Origin: Eledone cirrhosa
Lineage: Eukaryota
DNA: 64,000 bases
Reading direction: 5' to 3'
Assembly (NCBI GenBank): GCA_964016885.1
Contig: OZ024742.1
Span: 277,140,001-277,204,000 of the forward strand
Shown: in pieces, positions 11,001 through 23,000 of the stretch
Layout: each line of letters starts with the position of its first letter
Numbering within the stretch: position 1 is the stretch's first letter
Position numbers and translations under genes: made by a program
Notes under the pieces: model-generated
Database searches by the model: none
What the model was told of the DNA's origin: nothing
The model's input: the letters and a program-made list of their open reading frames with translations, nothing else

Positions 11001-14000
11001 TTTAAACCACATCTTATCAGCTTCAGAAAAGGCTGTATTGGATAATATAGTCAGTGATAAACTGTCTAAAAAAATATATTGAATAGTCTTAGATTTATTT
11101 GTGGACTAAACAGTAATCAGCTCAGAATTGTAACTTTCTAGAAATCTACCCAGTCACATAAATATGGGAGATTGTGACAAAAGTGGTAGCAGTGCTTCTC
11201 CTTGGATATTCCGACAAGCACACTGTATAATTTCACTACCATTTAGCTTTCCTACATAGTGCATACATATTGTATGTTTATATACACAATGTATGTACAC
11301 ATGGATATTATATGAATGTGTATATTATACAAGTGTACAAAAGACGTTAAACTTGACATGCATGCAAGAAAAATAAAATGCATTGATCATTAGCTAAAGG
11401 CAGTGATTATTCAAATTTAGTACTATACTAACTGTCTTTTAAGGTAAAAAATAGAATGTAAATTAGACATGTGGTATTTCCTTTGTTATTGTTTCCATGC
11501 ATCATCAGATGTCAATCAATAACTTGACTTTTCGTAGTCAGAGCTATTTAACCCTGGGTGATCAACTGTGCTATAATTGCTTCGGTACTATACTGTGTAT
11601 TTGTTTCATTGCCATACAGCATAGCCCGCTTCACTGCCATACACTGTAATTTCTTCAGTACTGTACAGAGTATCTGCTACACTGCCATACAGTGTAAGTA
11701 CTTCAGTACTGTACAGTGTAGTTGCTACACTGCCATACAGTGTAATTGCTTCAGTACTGTACAGGGTAGCTGCTATACTGCCATACAGTGTAGTTGCTTC
11801 ACTGTCATACAGTGTAGTTGCTATACTGTCATACAGTGTAGTTGCTTCACTGTCATACAGTGTAGTTGCTTCACTGTCATACAGTGTAGTTGCTTCACTG
11901 CCATACAGTGTAGTTGCTTCACTGTCATACAGTGTAGTTGCTTCACTGCCATACAGTGTAGTTGCTTCACTGTCATACAGTGTAGTTGCTTCACTGTCAT
12001 ACAGTGTAATTGCTACAGCACCGTACAGTTTAGCTGCTTCACTGCCATACAGTGTAATTGCTACAGCACCGTACAGTTTAGCTGCTTCACTGCCATACAG
12101 TGTAATTGCTACAGCACCGTACAGTTTAGCTGCTTCACTGCCATACAGTGTAATTGCTACAGCACCGTACAGTTTAGCTGCTTCACTGCCATACAGTGTA
12201 ATTGCTACAGCACCGTACAGTTTAGTTGCTTCACTGTCATACAGTGTAATTGCTACAGTACTGTACAATGTAGTTGCTTCACTGCCATACAGTGTAATTG
12301 CTACAGCACTGTACAGTTTAGCTGCTTCACTGCCATACAGTGTAATTGCTACAGCACCATACAGTTTAGTTGCTTCACTGTCATACAGTGTAATTGCTAC
12401 AGTACTGTACAGTGTAGTTGCTTCACTGCCATACAGTGTAATTGCTACAGCACCGTACAGTTTAGCTGCTTCACTGCCATACAGTGTAATTTCTACAGCA
12501 CCGTACAGTTTAGCTGCTTCACTGCCATACAGTGTAATTGCTACACCACCGTACAGTTTAGCTGCTTCACTGCCATACAGTGTAATTGCTACAGCACCGT
12601 ACAGTTTAGCTGCTTCACTGCCATACAGTGTAATTGCTACAGCACCATACAGTTTAGCTGCTTCACTGCCATACAGTGTAATTGCTACAGCACCGTACAG
12701 TTTAGCTGCTTCACTGCCATACAGTGTAATTGCTACAGTACTGTACAGTTTAGCTGCTTCACTGCCATACAGTGTAATTGCTACAGTACTGTACAGTTTA
12801 GCTGCTTCACTGCCATACAGTGTAATTGCTACAGTACTGTACAGTTCAGCTGCTTCACTGCCATACAATGTAATTGCTACAGCACCGTACAGTTTAGCTG
12901 CTTCACTGCCATACAGTGTAATTGCTACAGTACTGTACAGTTTAGCTGCTTCACTGCCATACAGTGTAATTGCTACAGCACCGTACAGTTTAGCTGCTTC
13001 ACTGCCATACAGTGTAATTGCTACAGCACCGTACAGTTTAGCTGCTTCACTGCCATACAGTGTAATTGCTACAGCACCGTACAGTTTAGCTGCTTCACTG
13101 CCATGCAGTGTAATTGCTACAGTACTGTACAGTTTAGCTGCTTCACTGCCATACAGTGTAATTGCTACAGCACCGTACAGTTTAGCTGCTTCACTGCCAT
13201 ACAGTGTAATTGCTACAGTACTGTACAGTTTAGCTGCTTCACTGCCATACAGTGAAATTGCTTCAGTACTGTACAGTTTAGCTGCTTCACTGCCATACAG
13301 TGTAATTGCTACAGCACCGTACAGTTTAGCTGCTTCACTGCCATACAGTGTAATTGCTTCAGCACTGTACAGTTTAGCTGCTTCACTGCCATACAGTGTA
13401 ATTGCTACAGCACTGTACAGTTTAGCTGCTTCACTGCCATACAGTGTAATTGCTACAGCACTGTACAGTTTAGCTGCTTCACTGCGATACAGTGTAATTG
13501 CTACAGTACTGTACAGTTTAGCTGCTTCACTGCCATACAGTGTAATTGCTACAGTACTGTACAGTTTAGCTGCTTCACTGCCATACAGTGTAATTGCTTC
13601 AGTACTGTACAGTTTAGCTGCTTCACTGCCATACGGTGTAATTGCTACAGCACCGTTCAGTTTAGCTGCTTCACTGCCATACAGTGTAATTGCTTCAGTA
13701 CTGTACAGTTTAGCTGCTTCACTGCCATACAGTGTAATTGCTACAGCACCGTACAGTTTAGCTGCTTCACTGCCATACAGTGTAGTTGCTTCACTGTCAT
13801 ACAGTGTAGTTGCTTCACTGCCATACAGTGTAATTGCTACAGTACTGTACAGTTTAGCTGCTTCACTGCCATACAGTGTAATTGCTTCAGTACTGTACAG
13901 TTTAGCTGCTTCACTGCCATACAGTGTAATTGCTTCAGTACTGTACAGTTTAGCTGCTTCACTGCCATACAGTGTAATTGCTACAGCACCGTACAGTTTA

Positions 14001-17000
14001 GCTGCTTCACTGCTATACAGTGTAATTGCTACAGTACTGTACAGTTTAACTGCTTCACTGCCATACAGTGTAATTGCTTCAGTACTGTACAGTTTAGCTG
14101 CTTCACTGCCATACAGTGTAATTGCTACAGTACTGTACAGTTTAATTACTTCACTGCCATACAGTCTAATTACTTCAGTACTGTACAGTGTAGTTGCTTC
14201 ACTGCCATACAGTGTAATTGCTACAGCACCGTACAGTTTAGCTGCTTCACTGCCATACAGTGTAATTGCTACAGCACCGTACAGTTTAGCTGCTTCACTG
14301 CCATACAGTGTAATTGCTACAGCACCGTACAGTTTAGCTGCTTCACTGCCATACAGTGTAATTGCTACAGTACTGTACAGTTTAATTACTTCACTGCCAT
14401 ACAGTCTAATTACTTCAGTACTGTACGATTTAGCTGCTTCACTGCCATACAGTGTAATTGCTACAGTACTGTACAGTTTAGTTGCTTCATTGCCATACAG
14501 CATAGATGCCTCACTCTCATACAGCATAGCTCTTTTGCTGCCATAGTGTAGCTTCTTCATTGCCATACAGCATAGCTGCTTCACTGCCATACAGCATAGC
14601 TGCTTCACTGCCATACAGCATAGCTGCTTCACTTCCATACAGTGTAGCAGTTTCACTGCAGTTCAGTGTAGATGTATCACTACCTTACAGTTTAGTTACT
14701 TAAATACTGTACAATGTAGTTGCTTCACTTCCATACAGCATAGTTGCATTAGTATTATACAGCATTGTTGCTTCAGTGCCGCACAATTTTGCTGCTTCAC
14801 TGTCATACACCATATTTGCTTCAATATACCATACAGTTTAGGTACTTCACTGGTGTACCGTACATTTGCTTCACTTCCATACAGTGTCTGATCTTGGAGT
14901 ATATTATTATTTCTAGCATAGTTAAGTCCCTTTACAGTCTGAGTTCAAATCCCGCCGAGGTTAACTTTGCCTTTCATCCTTACGGGGGTCGATAAAATAA
15001 AGTACCAGTAATGTACTGAGTAATTGCTGGCCTTGTGCCTAAAGTAGAAACAATTATTATTTCTACCTCACTCATGCACATGCACACACACATGCACCCC
15101 CCCCCCCACACCCACACACCACTATAGATGTTAGGCTTTTGTATTATATCCACAACTTGGTCTATTAATACTCAGTGACCAATTTATAGATGTTCAAAAT
15201 ATTTTAATGGTAACTATGTATGTTCCACAATGCAATTGTTTTGGTGCCACTACCTGATCTCATATCAAGTCACTTGCCAAAACAAGTAAAACCTAGACAT
15301 TTGGTATGGTTAAGAAGTTTATTTCACAACTATGTTGTTCTGGGTTTGATGCTATTCCATTGCCTCTTACTTAGCCTTGTGACTTCTAGTATTAGCTAGG
15401 GCTGACCAATATCTTTTTGACCAATAGAAACTGTGCTGAATCCTGTTAACCCTTTCGCAATTTACATTACTCTATATTTACTATTGTATTTTCATGGTAA
15501 AGGCTTTATCTCACATAATATTGAATCTACGAGTTTTTGATGTTATTTAGTTTGAGAAAATACCTTAACATCAGTATGAGTTGCCAGTTATGGCCAGTTT
15601 GAACAGAAAGAGGTGAGAATTCTGGCTGGATATGGCCGGTTTAAATGCTAAAGGGTAATGCGTGTGTGTGTGTTTTTGAATGTGTACATAGAATATAAAT
15701 CAATATGATAAAACAATGAATAAAACAAATACATGTGGTGTTTATTCCATATGATTTGTGTCTCCTTATACTGAGGAGGTCTTAGCCATTCAATAACTAG
15801 GAAAAATAAAATAAGTATCAGACAAAGTACTGAGTGCTAATCTGAATGATTCAACTCTTGAAGGCAGTGCCTCAGCACAACCTTAATGACTTAAATCAAC
15901 AAAAGAATATATCTTCATGATTTTATGGGTTTGTTTTCAAGCCTGCATGGATTTTAGAGTGACCTATTTCAGTACATTGTCTGTCACTTGTTTTTGTCAT
16001 CTTCATGAGGTTCAAAATCCTGAGATCAGCCCATTCATCTCAAATCTTCCTCTTCCACAAGTTCTTTGCATTTGAATTGCTTGGCACTTCCTACTTGTCA
16101 TGTCATATGCAACACAGTTTTGTACCAGGGCACTCTCCTCACTTGCACACTTTATCTGATTACTTTTACACCTATTTTTTCTTCTCTCAGCTCATTTGTA
16201 CTGTTGTTCAGTCACATTAACATTACACATCCAGTAGAGCCTGTTCACTTCATTTTTTTCTAGCTGTTGCACTTGCACACATTCATATATATTATGTTGT
16301 TTCCAGTATATTTAGATGTTGAACTGAACACGCACACATATATGTGTTGGTAAAACAAATTATTTCCTCTTACCTGAAGCTTTTGTGTGGTTCACATTAA
16401 TCAACCATACTCTTCAGCCAGTCTGAAATAATATGAGGAAATAACTATATTATCAATACATCATCACAGTAGACTCTTCACACTTCTAACATAGGTGTGT
16501 ATTGAGCATTTTGCACTTTTGTACAAAAACACAAACAAATACTATATATGTACACATGCTCACGCATATACACACACACACTGTTATTTCATTGATCTGA
16601 GAATTAATTGCATCCCTCTTGAACTGTGCAATCCTGTGCTGTTTCAAGCAGCTAAATCTTACCTCCAATAAATCCTTAGGATAAAATTCAGAGCCAAAGC
16701 AGGATAGCTGTTGTTAGGAATCTAATGAAAAGCTTATTTCACTGAAGCAGGAGAATAGCTGGGTGGTATAGTGCCTTGATAGTTTATGTAACTAATAGAA
16801 TGTCAGCAGTTAGAACTTCTAGATTCAAGTTTAGTATGATCAATTAGAACTGTTGTTATTGGGAAAGGAATGGTTAAATAAATTTAATATCGATGATAGA
16901 TTAGAAAATAATGGTATATAATAATAGTATATAATTAAGCTATACATAATTTGTTGTATTTATCACAGCTAGAAATATCAACTGAATATTCCATTTAAGT

Positions 17001-20000
17001 AGATAGCTTCATGTTGTAAGTCTGCTCAAATGGGGATGACTGAGACAATATAACAATGTTTATAAAGAAAGTTCAAGCTTAACCACAGTGAATTTAATCT
17101 TATAAACCCACTTGTTCATTGAAGCCACTATTAAATAATATTTTAGGGTTAATTGACAAAATTCTAACTGGCTGAATGTGTTAGCTGTTTATCATAACTC
17201 TGATTCATATTTTCATCTGAAAACTTTGAGCTCACAAATATGGGATTGACCATGTGTTTTTCAACTTGGGAAAATTCGCTACCAAGACAAAGAGTAGCAT
17301 GCAAGCATGACTTAGCCATATTTTCTTTTGCTGGTGTTTCTTTTACAGTTTCACTCTCTATTTTGGCACATTCTCTGTAGATATATCCATCACAGCATCT
17401 CTTTCCCCTTCTTTCTCATATTTTCTCATTGAGTAAAGAAGGAACAACACAACAGTCATTTCATTCCTTCCAATCCTTGTCTACTGGGCTATTGTAAAGA
17501 AAAGAAAATGAAACATTTATTATAGCTCTAGCAGCGAGAGCTGGAAGTAAACAAATCTTATGATTTATCAAGGCATTTGGATGATTTGAAATTAGCAATG
17601 TTGAAATCCAAACACAGATTTGCTACAATGATCATAGCCTTAGAAAATCAGGTAAAATATCCTTAGGGACAAAATAAGTGGCCAGCAGTTACTACAGAGA
17701 ATTGAAACCTGTATCTCTTGAGTTCTGGCCAAGTGTGCTACCTATATGCCAAATGACAGCTGACAACATTTTGTGTCCAAATTAGGAATTATATACAATA
17801 GCTTTAGTAGTTAGAACCAAAAGTAAACACATCTTAGGATTTATTGAGGTGTTTAGATGATTTGAAATAAGAAATGTTGAAATCTAAACACCTCTACTAC
17901 TAAAGCTATTGTATATAGTTCCTAATTTGGACAGAGAATGTTGTCAGCTGTCATTTGGTGTAAAGGTAACAAACACCCTTAGCTAGAATTCAAGGAATAT
18001 AGAGTTCAAATCTCTGAAGTGACAGCTGGTCACTTATTTTAACAAATTTTCTAACTATTTTCTCTTGCTGTGATCATTGTAGTGAATCTGTGTTTGGATT
18101 TTTAATTTCAAAACATTTATTTTTTAAATGTGATATGTTATTTGCTGGTTTGTTTTTCAGATTTCTTAACAATGACTTTCCTTTTCAGATGCATATGGGA
18201 TTAGTCTTCTAAAAATTCTTTGAATTAATATTGCCTAAATTTTCCTATTTTCCCCTTAAGGATGAGGCACTGGAGAGTACATTAAAAGACTATGGATTAG
18301 TGTAGTTCTTCTGCTACCTTTTACAACAAAATTGGATCATGTAAGCTTCATTGAATAGAGCTGGATTTAGTACTTGCTCTCATCTTTTTTCTGCTGGATC
18401 CTGTCTCACTGCCATTTATCCCCATTCCTTCCATGTTTTTTTTCTATTTTCTCCCTCTCTCTCTCTCATTTTTAAATAATGCTTGATCAATCAGTGTTTT
18501 GAATGTTTTGAAGGCATGTTGTCTTTGATATTTTGTCTTACTTTGTTGTATATTTTTCTGAACTTTTTCTGTTGACAACCATGGATTAGCATCTTAGCAT
18601 TAGTTCCTAAGACTTGATTACACTATCAATTTTCCTTTTCAAATCAAAATTAAAGTTAGAATAAATACAATTGAAGTTTTTAGAGTAAATGTTCATTTTG
18701 TATTTTGTTATATTAAGTACAACCTCTTAAAGTTGAAATACAAAAATATTATTTCTGTTTATTTAAATTCCAAGTATAAATACATGATTGTGGTATTTTT
18801 GTTCATAGTTCAAAGGTGGGGTTCATTTTATTTTTTTTTTTTTAATGCAAATTTTAACATGAAGTAAATTTGAATATTTGCAAAACAATTTTTGAAGCAA
18901 GTTTTATTGTAGCTGAAAACCTGGCAGTCATTAATAACAGCTACCAAAATATATGTATATTCTCCAAGCTAGGAAGATTATGGGAAGTTGAAAAACTGGT
19001 AGTTTTTTTTGTGAGGGAGGTGGGATGTTTTGTTGGAGGTATATCAAAATGCCTGTTAGAAACCAAAATCCTTTAATTTTTATGCATCTTATTATCAATT
19101 AGTTAGCAACCTAATTTCCTGTTTTTTTTAAAAAATTGTATAATAAGATTCAATATCAGTACTTTAAACCAGGAAATTCCTCAATTTTCTAATAAATAGG
19201 ATGGTCTCCCATCAAGTCCATCTCTCATCTTGCCAATTGGTTTAGACAAGAGAAGTGTTACATTCCTTTTTTAGAGCATTGCATATCACCAATGATAAGA
19301 TGCACTTGTCTCTTTTTGTTTCTTTGTCTCTCTTCTATATTTCTTTCTCTGCCAAGAAACATTTTATTCATTCAATTATTACAATTATGCATAATCTTAC
19401 CAACTTATTAGCTGTAGTCATTAAAGTTTTAAATTTAGTGGTTAAACACCTTTTTTGTGACTCTTTCTTTCATTATTCTGAAAGTTTGGCTGGATTGGCA
19501 GTATCGGTAGAGGGTTGGATGCCATGCTTTGATGCATAGAGTTACGGCCCTTGCCATTCTGAGTTCAAATCCCGCTGAGGTTAACTTTGCCTTTCATCCT
19601 TATGGGATGGATAAAATAAAGTACCAGTAATGCACTGGGTAATTGCTGGCCTTGTGCCAAAAAGTAGAAACAATTATTCTAAAAGTTTGTTTATCAGTTA
19701 TGAGTTGAATTTTGTTACATGCTGCTCCTAACAACTGAAATGTTATTTAGCTTCAAATCATTACTGATCAAAGAGGTTTATGATCAAACATTTTAGAATG
19801 GTAGTGTATGCTTTGAGATCTGGCTGCTATTTCTAGAAAGTTGAGCAACCATCAATAAAATAAAACTGTTATATATTCATGGCAGAAATAGTAGTTTCCA
19901 AGTATAGATGATTGAAGCAACTAATTATGGTTGGCATTGGCAATTAATGGATATAAACAGTTCAAAGGTGGAATATATATTTTTTAATTTACTCTCCCCA

Positions 20001-23000
20001 AGCAAAACAATAAAGCCACTAAAATGCAAGGACAAAACAGAGAGAACATAATTGAGGGAAAGAGATGATGATTGATGTTACTTTTGAATTTTTACAAATG
20101 GTTTACTATAAGAAAGGTTGGGCTAGTCTCCAGCAGTACCCCCCAATAAAGAACACTGATGGAAACCTTATACTTCACTTTCTCACAGCCAACCAAATTA
20201 TTCTATTTTAAAACTACAATTACAAACTTTTCATTCATTCCTCTTCATTTCAAGCTCAAATAATGCTGAAGTTGATATTTTCCTTTCATCCGTCTCAGAG
20301 GGAGAGTATAAAAGAAGTACCAGTCATGTATGAGGGTTGCTTCAATCAACTGGAACCCTTCACATACATGTTTGTGGCTTTGTACCAATGTAAGAAATTA
20401 CTAGATTAATATAAAGTTAAAATGTGTTATTGGTTCTCTTGACCCCAATGTATGCAAAAAAATTCTTGATGTATGCAAAAAAATTCTTTTGTTTTTTATC
20501 TTTCTAATAGATCTTTCTATTAGTTAACTAATTAATTTACAAAATCTAATCTCTGGATTGAAGTGGAAGTCATGCAACATAAGTCATATGGTTGTTTTGG
20601 CAAAAAAAAAAAAAAAATCCATATACTACAGTAAAAAAAATATTTCAATGGCAGTATTTAACTTAACCACGAAAGGTTTAATTAAAAATGTCATCATAAA
20701 TATACTTAGTCACAGGTCCCTTCAAGAGATAACTATTTTTGTATTCATAATATTGAATGCAAAATTAAAACATTAACTTTGTATTTCATAATGATTTAAA
20801 GTGAATTGAGTTTAATATTTTTTAATGAAATCTTCTATATTTTTCAATTTATCAATTATTTGAGAATTTAGAATATATTTTCATTGTTGTATATAACTGA
20901 TATTTAGTCTCAACTATTTACTATACAGCTCTTGTATGATTGCAATGTCAAGCATTGTTTGAATGTGTGCATAGACTATAAATAAACAAGCTGTTTGTGT
21001 GTGTGTAAGTGTAAACCAGTTGTGAGATGAATTAGAGTATATTTCTTTTCTAATGAAGGAGCCTACCCAAAAATGTCTCTTTTATCATCTGACTGTACAC
21101 TAGGAAGCTTTTTTTAAAATTTCTAATCTGATTCATAATGATAAACCATCATTAATTAAGCAATTCTACTGGTTATTCTTATAAGTATGTGTTATTGCTT
21201 TTTACAGTGGCTGTTCTGTCAATACAATGATAAAATCTGAAAGCGTTAATGCTCAAAATGAACAGAAATTTACATTTTTTTTAATACATACACAATGTTT
21301 TACTTTACTAACTCCAACCAGTTGATTGTGGCCATGCTAGAAGCCATCAAACTATAAGTCCCCCATTCCAGGGAAAATTTGACTGATAGCACTTTATTTT
21401 CAAGGTAGTCTGAACATAAATATATATTATTTTCTCACAAACTTTATCTTCTAATTTCAGCAGGTGCATATGTTGACCTTTAATTTTCAATAGTTACTGT
21501 AATAAGTGCTCATTAACTACAGTAATATCACTTCACTGATGTTACATTTTATAGTTTCTTAAATGTGGCAGTGCAGAAGTGAAGTGATGCCTGCTTTTAA
21601 ATCTGCTGTTTGAAACTTAAAGCATTTTATTTTCTTTACCTTAGTCTATTTAGCAGGTGTTATATTACTGATTTTACTAATTTGGGGGAATTTTAATCAT
21701 TAGGTTCTTTGGAACCAAATGCAAAAGTCTGCTGTATATTAGGAGGTTGTGATGATCATACCTTTCTCAAAAGTATTAAAGGAATAAGTAAACTTACATC
21801 AACCAAGAGTTGAAACTGGATTTTTATCATTAAATGGCTAAAAGAATGATGGATCCTCCATTGATTTCAATGATGAGCAATAATTGTTTCTACTTTAGGC
21901 ACAAGGCCAGCAATTACCCAGTGCATTACTGGTACTTTATTTTATCGACCCCGTAAGGATGAAAGGCAAAGTCAACCTCGGCAAGATTTGAACTCAGATC
22001 GTAAAGGGACGTAACTATGCTGGAAAGCATGGCGTCCGACCCTCTACCGGTACTGCCAATCCACCGCCCTTGATGAGCAATAATAAGACATAATAATAAT
22101 GATGAAATTATTGTGTACAGTGCTCAGGTGCACTACAACTCATCAAAGGTGCATGTATAGTACATAGAATAATGTACAAATGTCAGGAAAATGAACAGTG
22201 TATGAGTCATGATATAATAACAATAACAATAATGAAATATTGTGTACAGTGCCCAGGTGCACCACAACTCATCAAAAAAGTGCATGTACAGTACATCTCC
22301 ATGTAATTCTCAGGCTGAATCAGCATGACACAATATGTGACAAGGCTGGATCTTTCAATTACAGGTATAATTCCCCTACCAAGCTTCTATAGTTTTCATC
22401 ATCTCAATTTCACTCAGCAGAGTATGGTAAAAACGCTTGACCAAAATGTGACACAGTGGGGTCAAACTAGGGACCTTATGATTGCAAAGTGAACTTCTTA
22501 ACCACTCAGTAATGTTTTGCATTGAAAATGATAGTGCTAGTCTAAATGACTTACAATATCTAGTTTTGTCACTTAATATTTTGATTTTGAATTCTTCCAG
22601 CTATTGATTGTCTTTCATTCATTTGTTGAAAGTCAATAAAATAAATATCAGGTGTATTGTCAAGTACTTGACATAGCTCTTTTATTAGCTATTACCATCA
22701 TCACTGTACTCCCCACTCTATCCTAGATCACTCCCATTTCCTGCCAAATTCCATTGCATTTGTCAAACACAAACGACCTGTGATCCTTCCATACTCCATA
22801 CCCATGACTTCATACTTGCCACCTTTCTAACCATGCTCTCGCAGTTTCATTGGGACAAGACATCCTCATTTTTCCATACGTAGAAAGAGCTCTTTAGAAA
22901 AGTCAATGACTGACAACCTCCCTAGTGTTTGTTCCACAATAAAATGCATGCAGCCCACCCTGTAAAGTTGTAGTGTTGGTGCCACGATAAAACACACTTA

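Noticed and set aside
11558-14656. Annotating the 565-aa and 1016-aa repeat ORFs as genes
   Set aside because: GTG starts, a register shift near 14545, and openness explained by a stop-free 24-bp unit; kept only as a finding.
11587-14886. CRISPR-like array
   Set aside because: No unique spacers; a continuous tandem repeat in a eukaryotic intron with no cas genes.
18161-18212. Acceptors at 18160 and 18188 as additional terminal exons (IS*, MHMGLVF*)
   Set aside because: No real similarity in length or sequence to AP-1 sigma tails; the 18261 acceptor gives a far better match.
20449-20488. 21-bp tandem duplication atgtatgcaaaaaaattctt
   Set aside because: Ordinary slippage duplication with no further structure.
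21450-21470. 3-nt microexon (ttcag CAG gtgcat)
   Set aside because: The donor is very weak and there is no supporting context.
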